A DNA stretch of 64,000 bases, from positions 330,939 through 394,938 of the forward strand of contig NW_015170904.1 in the NCBI RefSeq assembly GCF_001447785.1. Direction: 5' to 3'. Each line of letters opens with the position of its first letter. The stretch's first letter is position 1. The translations under genes and the position numbers were made by a program. Source of the stretch: Gekko japonicus (Eukaryota). The notes beneath the pieces were generated by a model. The model was not told the DNA's origin, searched no databases, and saw only the letters and a program-made list of their open reading frames with translations. Of this stretch, positions 8,106-20,541 are shown one piece after another.

Positions 8106-11100
8106 GAGAGATGTCACATGCCCAGTGTTTACAGCTACACATAACATTTAAAAGGGGGGTTCTCTTGTTTAGGCTAGGTGTGCAATCTGCTTTAAGATAA
8201 TTCAGCCAGTATCCAAGGGATTACAATAAATCAAGGCAAACTGATCCATAGTACGGTGAAGTTATCCACAGGATATACAGTTGATTTCTTGGTTTAGCCT
8301 TCACCTCTAGTTTTAATCAGTTTACTTTGATGTTTGTTAATGTCATTAGTACTTTCCTTCTGGTTGGTTATTGCAGATTAGACAGTATAGTTTAAGAGAC
8401 TGTTAGGTAATGGAGGATGAGTATGGATTCCAAATGAAAGACCTGGCATAACCCAAAATAAATGCATTTTTGTTACAGAAAAGGAAAATGAAGCCACAAA
8501 ATTAAGAAATGGAATGATGCAGAAGACAAGCACCCTTATTTTTTAATTTTTTAAAACTATATAACAGGCTAGATATTTTCAGATGAACAGATTACCACTT
8601 CAGTTGTTATTTCCAGAGCCTCCGGAATCATAGTGAAAGGGAAAAAAATACAGAGGAAGGTAAATTGAACTTAAGTAACCATGAAAACAAGTAAATGTTT
8701 CGTTTACCTTGTTATGAACTCCCCATTCCCATTTCAGTTCACGTGCCTGACAGTAAGCTACTTCAGTGTGTCTGTTTCTCTTTAACTGGTAGCGTATATA
8801 AATATACAACGCTTAAAGGTGATTTGTGAAATTTGGGGGACTGAATGACTGTAAGTGAACAATTTTCTTTCTCTGTTGCATATGTATAACACTGTAGGGG
8901 AAATTGTAGAGATCATTCTTAATGACAAATTGGAGTCATGCAGGCCAATCCTATGCATTTAAATCAAATTCCACTGACCCTTTCTTTGTATCAAATAAGC
9001 ATACATAGGATTGCAGCTTTAGAAGTTGCTCAGCCATTGTCATCAACTGTATAGAATCAGGGTTGGATCCAGCCAGCTTTTCACACAACCATGTCAAAGG
9101 TTTCTTCTTACAGCAGACCCCCTTCCCACATGACTTTTGCCTATACAGGTCCCACAATCCCCAGCCAAGTATTTTTGGTGGTCAAACCCCTCATTCCCTT
9201 TTCACCCGCCGAAAAGCAGCCTGGCTCCAACCCACTGTTTTTTCCACTAGTCTAATCAAGTGATTTTCATAGGAGTTCCCATCATGGCTATACATGTTGA
9301 TCAGGAACTGAAATTATATTCCTCTTGGTTATTTCAACTGTTTCTATGTGCATATATGTGGGAACTCATGGGGTACACAAAAGCTTAATGAATGGGACTG
9401 AAATGATGGGGGAGGGAAGTAGTATATCAATTTCTCTTGCCAAAAGAAATTCAACATTAAAAAAGTAAATTGGTGAATTGAATGGCTGATGCATACATAA
9501 CATTCATTGCACAGATGTAGCCAAAAGCAGCTTCTCTGTGGCTATTGATCCCTATCCCACCAATCATATTTATAAATGTTTACACTGCAATCATTATGAT
9601 TACAATGAGAGTTTCTTGTTTAACTCTAGTGTGCTATATTGCTGAGTTTTTATGTTATTCTTTAGGAAGGTGGAAAACTGAACATACCATCTCCACATAC
9701 AGGCATATAAAGTATGTTTTCTGGAAGTCATAGCAAAGCACACACAGTGTTTATTTTTAAAATGGGGACGGATGTTTGTTGGAGATGTTGAACTTATTTC
9801 CGTTGAAGTAGATGAATGAAAATATTCATACCCAATAGTTTCTCTTGTGAGAATGAAACCACTATTAATTCAAGTTCAGTTTTGTTTGCTGTCCTGGTAT
9901 GAAGCAGTTGGATCATTCAAATTATAAACATGTGACACATTTGCCTCTTCTATGAGTTTTCTTTTTGCTTGTTACTCCCTATTTTCAGCTTTACTGTTAG
10001 AAATGGCATGGAGAAGAACCTGTGTTCACATTCCGGCAAATCTTGAATGTTGAGTGGTGTCTTTCTCTACAACCATCTAAAAATATGTGCTGGCCATCTC
10101 TGATCATTTTTGCATAATACGACTGTTGTGAGCAGCATTAGTCTTCAGCCGGGAAGGGCGGCTGTCCCTAATGCACTGATGCTGAGCTACTGTGTAATAT
10201 CTGACATTGTGATGGAATGGCAGCCCCCACACTCTTTACTTGTCTTTAAGCAGTTCAGAACACTGTTCTTGAATTTCCTTTCTTCTAGGGTTTTTGAAAA
10301 GTTGCTGTTGTTATCTGCCATAGTATAACATTTGGGTTCATTGTGTGAACTGAACCATGACAGATCACTTGTTGGACAGCACAAGAGTCAGAGTTCAAAG
10401 TCCATTCCCTATCATAAGATAGGGTATCCTGTCTATGATCAGAACTTTCACACATGACATTTAACTGCATTTGAACCTTTCTCTTGATTTCTATGGGCAT
10501 GCATGTGTATTATATCGCAGGATAGAAAACAGAAGGCAGGAATTCTTAAATCAATGGCTCATTGTAGCCAGTGTGTGGGTTTTTTTGTTTTTTATTTGCA
10601 TTGTAGATGTGGAAAATACAAAGCGTCTCATGCCTGGTTGGTAAAAATGAACAACTGGAAATTTGAGTAGGTAACAGGAGTAAAGTTTTAAACCAGACAG
10701 GGATTTTAAACATAGATAATCTGTGTTTTAAATATGCATTGCAAAAATTAAGAGGTATCAAACAACCTCAGAAGTGTCCTAGAATAATTATATTTATCAG
10801 GAAAATTGTTAAGCTGAATTGTGTGTGAATAACATCCTCCCATTGCTATCATTTAACTAATGTGGAGGGTATCTGCTTCTCAATACGGAAGCCCTCTTGC
10901 TTTTGAATAGTCACACTGATTGACATTAGTAAGGCCACTCTGGAATAAGTGATCTCATGATTGCATCTAGAAGAGTTTCTCTGCATAGTCTGGTTTTTTG
11001 TTTTTTTTTGAAGAGGAGGATTTATTGCGTAGAATATTATGAATTATGATGCTTGCTTTTACATTAAGCTTTATTCTGTCGGGGGGGGGGGCCTCAAAAG

Positions 11101-12276
11101 CAGTAAGACAGGGGAGTGGAGGGTACACAGCAAAGCAATAGCCTATTGTGTGAAACCCGCAAAGTAATGCATTGACCTCTACCTGCTGTCTGTGGAGCAG
11201 CTGGGAAGTAAGTCTCTTTTCAGAGGCATGCTGACAAGCATTAGTGTTGGCATACAAACAATATAGCAAACAAGAATGTCTCCTCGTAGGAACTCCATGA
11301 GGAGCATTCTTCTACATGAAAGTGGAATGATCATCAAATTGGGAAACAAAGAAAGAGTCTCAGTGTGTGAACAATAGCGGACAAAAATTAGATTTAAATG
11401 TTGTTGACCTTGCATTAGGTGACAAAGAAATCATATCTGTGTTTGTACACACAGGTGCAAAAAATAATAATGAAGGCTTCATGGAAAGCATTCCTACTAT
11501 TCCTTTTTTACGTTTCTATAAGTATATTTCAGAGATAGTAAGGATCCCCTAAATTCCATTGAAATCAGTGGGACTTGGATTACTCAACCGTCTACTGAAG
11601 CTCCATTGATGTCGCCAGGCCTAATTTTTCTAGATGACACCCATAGAGGACAGGTCTGAGGCTGAAACAAGTTTGATAAATTTTAATAAATTAAATAGTC
11701 TTAAGCATGTTTGGAAGTAACCCAGAGCCTTACCGTTCTTTATGTCAGTGAGCTAAAAAAAAATCAGTTAATTTGCAGCTCTTATAATTTTTATGATACT
11801 TACGTTGTAAATTTCGATGTGTGCAACATCAACTCAGCAGGATGCATTTTATGTTGTCAGCTACCTTTGACATCATAATAGATTTCAGTTGCCAAAGATT
11901 TAAAGAGAGAGAAAGAATAAAATGTAAAAGAGAGCTGCATAGAATATGTGGATCCAATCCAAACATAGGTAAACAAGGCTATGGTGAACAGTTTTGGGTA
12001 TCAGAGCCTTACATTTTAAGTAATACTTGTCTTTTGGGAAAGGAAGGAGTGATGTCAAAATACTTGCCCACACTACTAAGGCTGTTTAAGTATTCTTTCC
12101 TAGCAATTTGAATATATTTCGCCTAATACTTGACTGGACTGTGTAAGGCAAGAAGCTTGAGAATGACAGACAGTATTCATCCTCTGTTCTTTGGGATTTC
12201 CTACAATCCCCACATTTTTTTTTTGTTCCTTTATAACTTGCTTTTTGTCCCTGATGGTGCCACAAAACAGCTTACG

Positions 12277-13868
12277 TGTGCCTGGTCCCAGACTTGCCAC
12301 CCAGGACGGCTGGGCTGCAGGCATCACTCAGAACGATGGGGCAGTGGACAACCCCCCCCCCCCGGCCTTGCCAAGGGTGATGTACACTGAGCCCTGTCCG
12401 AAGGACTCTACACCACCCAGGATCCTGCCGCTGGCTTCAGATGTTCCCAAGCCAAATGTGAGCGAACAAACCAACCCCAACATCACCCTTCCCCAGAGCA
12501 AGAAGAGCCGACCACACCGTCAATAGTAAGGAGAGTGGGGGAATGCCAGCCGAAGACGAGGCCCCACGGAGCCTGCTCAGGGTGTCAGAAAGCTTTGTGG
12601 CAGCAGCCTGCATGGGGCTGAGCCAGGGGTTGTTTGGGGCCAGAGCGTGCTGGAGCACTGCTCCGACAGCCTGCCCCAACAGCTCCACCCCCACGCTCCT
12701 TTTTGCTAGAGTTGTGCCGCAGCAGCGGCGTGAGTCCACAGAGAAGTCACAGGGAGGCATTTCTCCCCGGTCCTTCCTGGCTTGCCCGCCAGGCAGGCGA
12801 GCCAGGAGAGGGTGGGGGGCCTCTAGGAGCCGAGGAAGGCACGGGGAGGCATTTAAATGTCTCCCTGCTGTCTCCCTGGCCCTTCCTGGCTCTCCCGTCG
12901 AGGCAGGCGAGCCAGGAGAGGGCGGGGTGGGGGCTCCAGAAGCAGGCTGGCTGGGGAAGCAAAAAAGGGGGAGGAGGCATCTTCAAAAGCCTCCCCTTCC
13001 CTTCCCCAGCCGGCCTGCCAAGGCAGGCTTAGGGGATAGCAAAGAGAGAAGTTTTAAACTTTAAACCCCTTCTCTCTGGAGTCGCGCCCGTTGTATTCTA
13101 TGGCCCCATAGAATATAATGGAAAGATGACTCTAGAGAGACTCTTTGCTTCCCCCGCCCGCCTGCCTGCCTGCCCTCCTGCCCACCTGCCTGCTTTGGCA
13201 GGCCAGTGGTGAAGGGAAGGGGAGGCTCTTGAAGTGGCCTCCCTCCCTTTTGCTTCCCCTTCTGACATAACTTCTGGTGATGTCAGGGGTCGTGGCATAT
13301 GCTATTGTGTGCTAATAGCCTATTAGATATGTTAATGAGCTCCTACAGCTCTTTTTCTACGAAATGACCCCTGGGCTGAGCCAGGGCGAAGAGAAAAGGG
13401 AGGAGGGAGCAGGGAAAGGAAGTCACTAAGGAAAAGAGATCCTTACCTGATGTTGCAAGAGAAATGCCAGGAAGAACAGAGGAAGATGCTGAAGCAGCCA
13501 CACCCAGAACAAACAGGCAAGAGGAGGAAAGAAGGGAGGAGTTAGGGAAGCAGGGGTTTAAGGGGAATACTAGGAGACCCAGAGGGGAGATGCAAAGGGA
13601 AGACAGACAGGAGGATTGACTATTCACTCAAGGGAACAGGAGGGAGAGGGGAGGAACCTACAGGAAGAAACAGGCTAAAAAGTACCAACAGCTGAGGTCA
13701 AGGGTGATATCGGTGGTCTAAGTCCAAGCCAGAGAGAGACTGACAGAGAGACCAGGAGTCAGCTAACAAAGGTGAAGTAACCCCAGCCCTCACAGTTCTG
13801 AGACTTCAGCATCCCTGCAACGACGGCAGAGGGGGGAAGTGCCGGGAGTGGGGAAGAAAGAACTTACA
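12277..13868. mobile_element. Probable solo LTR (about 835 bp after removing the nested hAT)
   Basis: TGTG...TTACA ends; short imperfect duplication acg(t)/aca(t); purine-rich body. Confidence 0.5.
12624..13373. mobile_element. Non-autonomous hAT transposon (750 bp, CAGGGGTCATTT family)
   Basis: TIR caggggttgttt / aaatgacccctg; perfect 8-bp TSD GGCTGAGC; right end shared with 20542 and 63590. Confidence 0.9.
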
Positions 13869-14298
13869 ACATCATTCTTTTTGCGCCCATCTTCTTCTCA
13901 TAACTCTGGGAGGAAAGTTAGGCTGAGAGTGTGTGACGAGCCCAGTGTCACCTAGCAAGCTTCCATGGCAGAGTAGAGATTCGAACCTGAGTCTTCTAGT
14001 TTCTAGTCTGACACTCTAAGCACTCACTACACCACCCTGGCTCTCAAGATAAACATGTAGCATACCTGTACATCTTGTATTCTAGTAATCTAGTAAAAAA
14101 AACCACCTGCAGCCCAGATGTAAAGTTTGCTTAAGCAGTCATTTCCTTACTGGGGGAAAACAACAACCTGCAAGCCTTTAGAAAGGAATTTTCCACAGAT
14201 TTCTCTATCTTACTCAAATATCAGGCGAGTGGGTTCTTGTAACTGAACTCTACAATGTTTTCTACCCCTTTTCTAATGTATTAAATTAGATGGGGAAG

Positions 14299-14606
14299 TG
14301 AAAAGTACGCAGACAGAGAGTGATTTCAGCAAAGCGTACTTTATTCGAACAGGAACGAGACGACTTTGGCTGGCTTGCAGGCTGGCTTATATCCCCCGAG
14401 AAACCGCCACCCAAAACACACCCCTATTTCCCAATAGGTTATTTACAGTGGCCGAGAGTCCCATAGGTTCTCGGCCGGGAACCTAGACCCCTGATTGGAG
14501 CGGCTAGGATCCGCATAGTCCATTGTCTCTTGGAGCGAAGCTCGATGTTTGTGTCTGACCGCGTGGAGCCCGAGCCGGCCACACGATCTGGACTGGATAC
14601 ATTACA
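14299..14606 (-). repeat. Gypsy 3' LTR
   Basis: Direct repeat of 18810-19117; TGTAAT...TTTTCA on minus strand. Confidence 0.96.
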
Positions 14607-14619
14607 CCCCTCTCCCCTT
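14607..14619 (-). other. Polypurine tract
   Basis: AAGGGGAGAGGGG immediately before the 3' LTR. Confidence 0.9.
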
Positions 14620-14629
14620 GGTCCACAAT

Positions 14630-17600
14630 GCACCCACAGACGAAGTCCTTCAGGTGGGCTGGTAACTTCCTGGTGCAAGTAGAGCGGCGAGGTTCAGGGA
14701 CTGCTGCGGCTTCCACCCCTGAAGCCTTTGGAGGAGGTGTCCCGGGTTCTACGAAGTGTAGAGGCCGGGGATCAGCTGCCGGGAGTTGGGCCTGGGGTGA
14801 GGTCTCCAGAGCCTCAGCCATGCCCAAATCCTCGCGGTCCAATGGCATCGTCCGGTGGCATAGCTGGTCGATGTGCCCGTGTAGAACCTGGCCGTCTTCA
14901 CAAGAGACCTCATACGATCTGGGGCCCTTAACTCGTATGACTCGTGCTGGGACCCAGGTGGGTCCCCGGGTGTAGTTCCGTGCATACATGGGATCTTCCG
15001 GCAAGAAACCCGTCTGCCTTGTGCGTCTCCGTGCCTGGTACCCCTGCCAATGCCCGGTCAGGGTGCAAGCGATCCAACCGGGTTGCCAGGGGGCGGCTCA
15101 GAAATAGCTCTGCTGAGCTGCACCCCGTCACGGTGTGGAGCGTCGTTCGCTGGCCAAAAAGGAAAGCCACCAGTTTATAATCCCAGTCCGGGGCGTCCAA
15201 GCAGCGGAGAGCATCCTTTGTGGTTCTGACCATGCACTCGGCCTGGTCGTTGGTGACAGGGTGGACGGGACAGCCTGGACGTGGCGGATACCAGAGTAAC
15301 TCGTAAATTCCTGGAATTCTGCTGACGTGAATGCAGTCCCGTTGTCTGTGACCAGTGTGTCTGGGATTCCCTGGGTGCTGAAGATCCGCCACATCACCCG
15401 GATGGCCACCTTCGAGGAGGTGGAGGGCACGGGAACTACCTCCAGCCACTTGCTGAAGGAATCCACCAGGATAAAGAAGAGTTGCCCCTGGAACGGCCCC
15501 GCAAAGTCCAAGTGTAACCAGGACCAGGGGCAGTGGGAAGATTCCCAGGCCCGTTCCGGGGATCGGGGAGGCTTGGGCCGGGACGCTTGGCAGGGGTTGC
15601 ACCACTTCACCACGTCCTCTATGTCCCGGTCCAACCCTGGCCACCAGACATAGCTCTGGGCCAAGGCTTTCATTCGCACCATCCCGGGGTGCGCTTTGTG
15701 AAGGGCGGTGAGGACCCGCTCCCGTAGGGGCTTGGAAATGACCACCCTACTTCCCTACATGACACAGCCCCGGTGGACGGACAGCTCGTCCTTCCGAGAA
15801 ACAAAGGGCGTTACATCGGGGTCTCCTTTGGCCGCGGGCCACCCCCTCACCACCCAGTCCAAAACCCGGCACAGTACCTTATCCTTGAAGGTGCCGTGAG
15901 CCACCTCCGCGACGTGGACCAGCCGATCTGGAAGGGACTCCAGGAGAGAGATCTGGTGGGCGGGAGCCGGATCTGGGTCACAGACCGGCAGTGGTAGGCA
16001 GCTCAGGGCATCCGCATGGCCCATTGCCTTGCCGGGGCGATGGACGAGAGCGTAGGAGTACCGCGCCAGGAAAATAGACCAGCGGAGCACCCGGGGCAAA
16101 ATCATCCGGGGGGTCTGGCGGTCGGGAGCCATTAGGCCCAGCAGCGGCTTGTGGTCTGTGAAGGGCCGCCTGTACAGATAGTGGTGAAACTTTTTCACAC
16201 CGCCACAATCGCCAGCGCCTCCTTATCTATCTCTGCGTAATTGCGCTAAGCTGCTGACAGAGTCCTGGAATAGTACGCAGCTGGGACTTTGCGGCCGTCC
16301 GGCAGCCTGTGACCCAGTACTGCTCCCACCACATAGGGGGAAGCGTCACAGGCCAGCACCACCGGGAGCGCCTCATTGAAATGCGCCAGGACCGCATTCG
16401 AGACGAGCAGGTCTTTGACCGCCTGGAACACAGCTGCTTGTGCCGGACCCCAGACCCAAGGTGCCGACTTGTCCAGGAGGCGATGGAGCGGTTCTGCGAC
16501 TGCAGCTTTGAGGGGCAAAAAGGAGTGGTAGAAGTTCAGGAGCCCCCAAAAGGCCTGCAGTTCGGACTTGGATGCTGGAGGCGGCGCTTGCGTGATGGCG
16601 GTCACCTTGTCCGCAGTGGGGTGGATGCCTGGAGTGTCAACCGTGAAGCCCAGGAACTCAATGCGAGGCACCCCCAAGAGGCATTTCTCCCGCTTAACTT
16701 TGAGCCCGGCTGCGTCGAAACGTTGTAGAACGGTCTTCAGACGGTCTGCGAAGGACAAGTCATCGGGAGCCACAATCAGCACATCATCTAGAAACGGCTG
16801 AACCGTGGGGATGCCTTTCAGGAGAGAATCCATAAAAGATTGAAAAATCCCTGGTGCGACCGAGACTCCGAACAGGAGGTGGTGAGCCTTGAACGCCCCC
16901 CTGTGTGTTGTGATCGTTTGGGCTTCGGCCATGGTGGCGTCAACCAGCAGTTGTTGGTACGCCTGTGCCAAGTCCAACTTGCCAAAGACCCAGGCCCCCG
17001 CCAAAGCCGCCAACACGTGGCTCACTACTGGCACCGGATAAGCGTGTGTCTGCAGAGCCTTGTTTAGCGTGCATTTGTAATCCGCACAAATGCGCACGTC
17101 CCCGTTGGACTTCATTGGGGTGACTATGGGGGTCTCCCACTGTGCCGACGCGACCGGTTCCAGAACCCCTTGTTCCACTAAGCGATCTAGCTCGGCCTTG
17201 ATTTTTGGCTTCATTGCTAGTGGCGGCAGCCTGGACTTGACGCGGATGGGCCGCACCGCTGGGTCAAGATCCAGGGAGATGGGGGCCCCAGAGAAGCGTC
17301 CCAGGGTGCCATCAAAAACACGGGGAAATTCTGCGCACACTGCGCCAAAATCCCGTGACCTGACCGGATGGATTCCATTCATAGAGAGTCCCAGGGCCTC
17401 GAACCAAGAGAGTCCCAGCAGGCTGGAGAGAGGCCTATCCACCACCAACAGGTCAAGAGTGCCGTTAAAGTCTTGGAACTGTACCCGGAACTTGCTCCAG
17501 CCCAGCACCGCCATGGGGTTCTTATTGAAGTCCCTTAACCGGAAACCCCGCGACTTCTGAAGTGGCAGGCCCCCCTTTGGATACAGCAGGCGGAGCATGT

Positions 17601-18518
17601 CGGCGGAGATAATGGAATAGGTCGACCCTGTGTCAATCTCCATGCTGCAGGGGGATCCATCTATAAGTACCGTGTCATGCATCTTGTTGGGGCCATTGGG
17701 GGGCAAATTACAGACCTGGTGCTGCGGGAAGTGGGCCGAAAGGGTGTGGAGGTCGCTGGGCGGCTCCGGTGTGGTCTGGTGGGCGAACGGCTTCTGGCGT
17801 TGCCCCTTGGAGCAGCAAACCCAGGAAATGTGCCCCGATTTGTTGCAGGTCCGGCAGACCACGTTTCGGAAGCGGCACGACCGGCGCTCGTGGTCCTCTC
17901 TGCAGCTGCTGCACAAGGCAGAGGCTGTTGAAAGAGCTTTGCCCACTTTGGTGACCGGTTGAGACGACCGACGACGGACCTGGTGCACCTCGTCCCCGTT
18001 CTCGGAGTTGTCTGACTCGAGCGTTGCTTGTGTGTGATGGACTGCCTGCAGCGGTCTTGCGGACTCCCTGGGCACCTTTTCCAGGGTCAGGTCGTCCTGG
18101 CTAACCAGTCTCCGTCAGAGTTTGGGTTCCCATAGGCCCAACAGGAACTGGTTCAGCAAGGTGTCCTCCAGGTGGGGGAAGGAACACTGGGTGGCCACCT
18201 GCCGGAGCCCGGCCAAGAACTCGGAGGCCGGCTCATCCGGCCCCTGGACCTGCGCAAAAAAGTCCATGCACTCAGCAAACTTTGTGGGCTTTGGTGAAAG
18301 GTGGTCGTTTTCACCAGTTCCCCAAAGGACTCGTCCTTGGTCTGCTTCAGCGCGATGAGGTGCTTTAGCAGCAAGACGGTGCCTATGCCACAGGATTGGA
18401 GGAGATGGGCCTTCTTCTTACCTGGGTCTACGATGTCGTGGCAGTCGAAGTAGCTTTCCAAGATCTCGAGCCAGGTCTCCCACTGCGCGGGTTGGGAGAT
18501 GTCCTGGGAGGACGCCAT
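14630..18518 (-). pseudogene. Gypsy gag-pol, broken by frameshifts and stops
   Basis: Gag N-terminus (WETWLEILESYF), twin Zn knuckles (CSSCREDHERRSC, CRTCNKSGHISWVC), protease IDTGS, RT FLDD, RNase H ACDASPY, integrase HHCC (HKAHPG...CNPC) and DDE (HLDFAGP, TDNG, AECM). Spread over ORFs 18153-18518, 16246-18075, 15755-16198, 15128-15745, 14928-15644, 14504-15004. Confidence 0.93.
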
Positions 18519-18788
18519 CGAGCTGCGGCCACGTGGTGTGAGTAGCTCAGGAACGGCGGCGGTTGGAGTGAAGCGGGGAGTGCTGTTGCTCTCAGGGTCA
18601 GCAGGGCGATGCTCGGCATTGCGGAGAGACGGAGCGGTGCGGTGGTGCTCTCGGGGTCAGTGGTGCGATGCTCGGGCTTGGTGCGGTGAGAGGCGCTTCT
18701 CTTAGACGCTCGATGCCGGCGGTGGTGGCGAGTTCGGCGCGGCAGCTCACGGCGATGTCTTGGACGTGGTCTCTGTTCCAAGGGAGAT

Positions 18789-18808
18789 GAATCCCACCTT
18801 CGTCGCCA
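18789..18808 (-). other. Primer binding site, tRNA-Ser(GCU)
   Basis: TGGCGACGAAGGTGGGATTC, 1 nt after the 5' LTR; complementary to the vertebrate tRNA-Ser(GCU) 3' end ...GAAUCCCACCYUCGUCGCCA. Confidence 0.85.
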
Positions 18809-18809
18809 G

Positions 18810-19117
18810 TGAAAAGTATGCAGACGAAGAGTGATTTCAGCAAAGCATACTTTATTCGAACAGGAACAAGACGACTTTGGCCGGCTCACAGGCCAGCTTA
18901 TATTCCCTGAGAAACCGCCACCCAAAACACACCCCTACTTCCCAATAGGTTATTTACAGTGGTCGAGAGTCCCATAGGCTCTCGGCTGGGAACCTAGCCC
19001 CTTGATTGGAGCGGCTAGGATCCGCATAGTCCATTCTCTCTTGGAGCGAAGCTCGACGTTTGTGTCTGACCGCGTGGAGCCGGAGCCGGCCACGCTGTCT
19101 GGACTGGATACATTACA
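18810..19117 (-). repeat. Gypsy 5' LTR
   Basis: 308 bp; about 24 substitutions versus the 3' LTR by manual count. Confidence 0.96.
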
Positions 19118-20394
19118 GGAAGAAAACATGGAAGGTGTTGGGGAGGGGTAAAGGAACACTTGCATCACTGTGCTGACAATAGTGAGAACCTGCTTTGTTA
19201 GGATCTGGATAATGGGGTTTGTGGCTGGTTTCGAATAGCTCCTCGCCTCCAATTCTGCTGATCCTTTGGGACATTTGCACTGAAGAGGTGACACCCACAT
19301 TCTGTGACGAATATATGTAAATACTGGTTCATGGATCTTTTCAAGTATGTGACAGTGAATACCCTAATTAGATCTAATAGAAGCACAGCAGCAGTAAATT
19401 AAAACAATACTCCAGTGTGACAAAGCATGCATATCAAAGTAACTGAACATATGTGGGCACAGCATCTGTGTGTGTGTGTGCGTGGGGGGTGTTGTTTAGG
19501 CTGATAGATGATGCTTGCCACTTGAAGCTTTTGCTTTCAGTTATTCTTTTGAATTTTCTTCTGTTCCTATGAATCTCAGAAGAGAGAAGTGTTTACCTGC
19601 ACCTGACTTTGGTTCATCTGGGTACAAGGAGGAAAACTTCAGCATTTTTCCTGGAAACTTACTCTGTTGGAAGAAAGGGCAGGTTCTCAGTATTCTGAAC
19701 AATGGGAAAAGTTATGAAAACAATTTTAAGATTTTGTCCCATTGCTTGTAATTACATGGTGCTTTCATCATCTGCTCTGTTGTTTCTGAGGTCTGAAAAA
19801 TTGCAGAATGTACAGATGAATGTTTCTTACTGTTTGTAGTATTAGCTTTGTTTTTCAAGGGCATTTTACATGTTCTTTCTGCTTTAATGGGATCATCCAT
19901 TGAATTTTACTCCTGCACTTTGGGAACCTATTCTTTGAGGTAGCTGATTGAGTCAAAATCTTGCTCATATTTAGGTAATCCCAGAATATGTAAATTGTTC
20001 ATTCAAGATGGCTTGTTCTAACATTGTCTCTTTTGTAGTGAACTACTTTGTCCCCAGTTTTGTTTTCGGTGCCTTTGCCCAAGGTGATATCAGCTGTCCC
20101 TTTCTTATAGCCTCTACTGTGGCCTATCTTATATGTTAATCCAAATCACCAGTATTTCAGACGTAAGGTTATTACACATCAGGAATCGTTCCAGAATTTG
20201 AAAGGAAAAAGTATTTCTGAAAAAAGGGGAACTCTTCCTGACTCCGGTGGGCTATAATTGAAGGTCCAGAAGAGAAATCACAGGCACAATGTGAACTTTG
20301 GACTGGTTGTTGTGACGATGATTGAGACGAAGGTGCCACAAATGAACTCGTTGGAAAAGGGGTGATATAAAGTTGAATAAAAAGTAATAAAAAT

Positions 20395-20523
20395 AGATTC
20401 AGGTAGGGGTAGCCACGTTGGTGTGAAGCAACAGAACAAAGACTGAGTCCAGGGGCACCTTTAAGACCAACAAAGTTTAATTCTGGGTATGAGCTTTCGT
20501 GTGTATGCACACTTCTTCAGATA
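20395..20523 (-). mobile_element. Penelope-like (Neptune-type) pLTR/3' end
   Basis: Same family as 51915-52041 (aaactttgttggtcttaaaggtgcc...ggctacc..cctgaatct). Confidence 0.8.
20488..20523 (-). ncRNA. Minimal type I hammerhead ribozyme motif
   Basis: UAU-CUGAAGA-a-GUGUG(caua)CACAC-GAAA-GC-UC-AUA: intact core, stem II, short stem I and palindromic AGCU stem III. Confidence 0.75.
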
Positions 20524-20541
20524 ATTAAAAATGGGTGTGAC

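Larger units (their letters stand above)
5760..8125. repeat. Right arm of inverted duplication, interrupted by a solo LTR and a SINE
   Basis: Read on the minus strand it reproduces the left-arm order: promoter-like module, linker, MITE, old SINE, linker, MITE. Confidence 0.8.
12230..14045 (-). mobile_element. Old Squam3-like SINE split by nested insertions (pieces about 12230-12276 and 13869-14045)
   Basis: ...cagcttac | acatcattct... rejoins to the sequence seen intact at about 6390 (gcaggttacatcattct); tRNA head at 13975-14040. Confidence 0.65.
14299..19117 (-). mobile_element. Full-length decayed Ty3/Gypsy LTR retrotransposon, Mag clade
   Basis: Two 308-bp TG...CA LTRs, 5-bp TSD GGAAG (14294-14298 / 19118-19122), PBS, PPT, and gag-PR-RT-RH-IN order. 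Confidence 0.96.

Noticed and set aside
12437-13064. Overlapping Pro/Gly/Arg-rich ORFs
   Set aside because: By-product of GC-rich LTR and hAT sequence; no transposase motifs.
14628-18843. Many + strand and alternative-frame ORFs inside the Gypsy element
   Set aside because: Shadow ORFs of GC-rich gag-pol.
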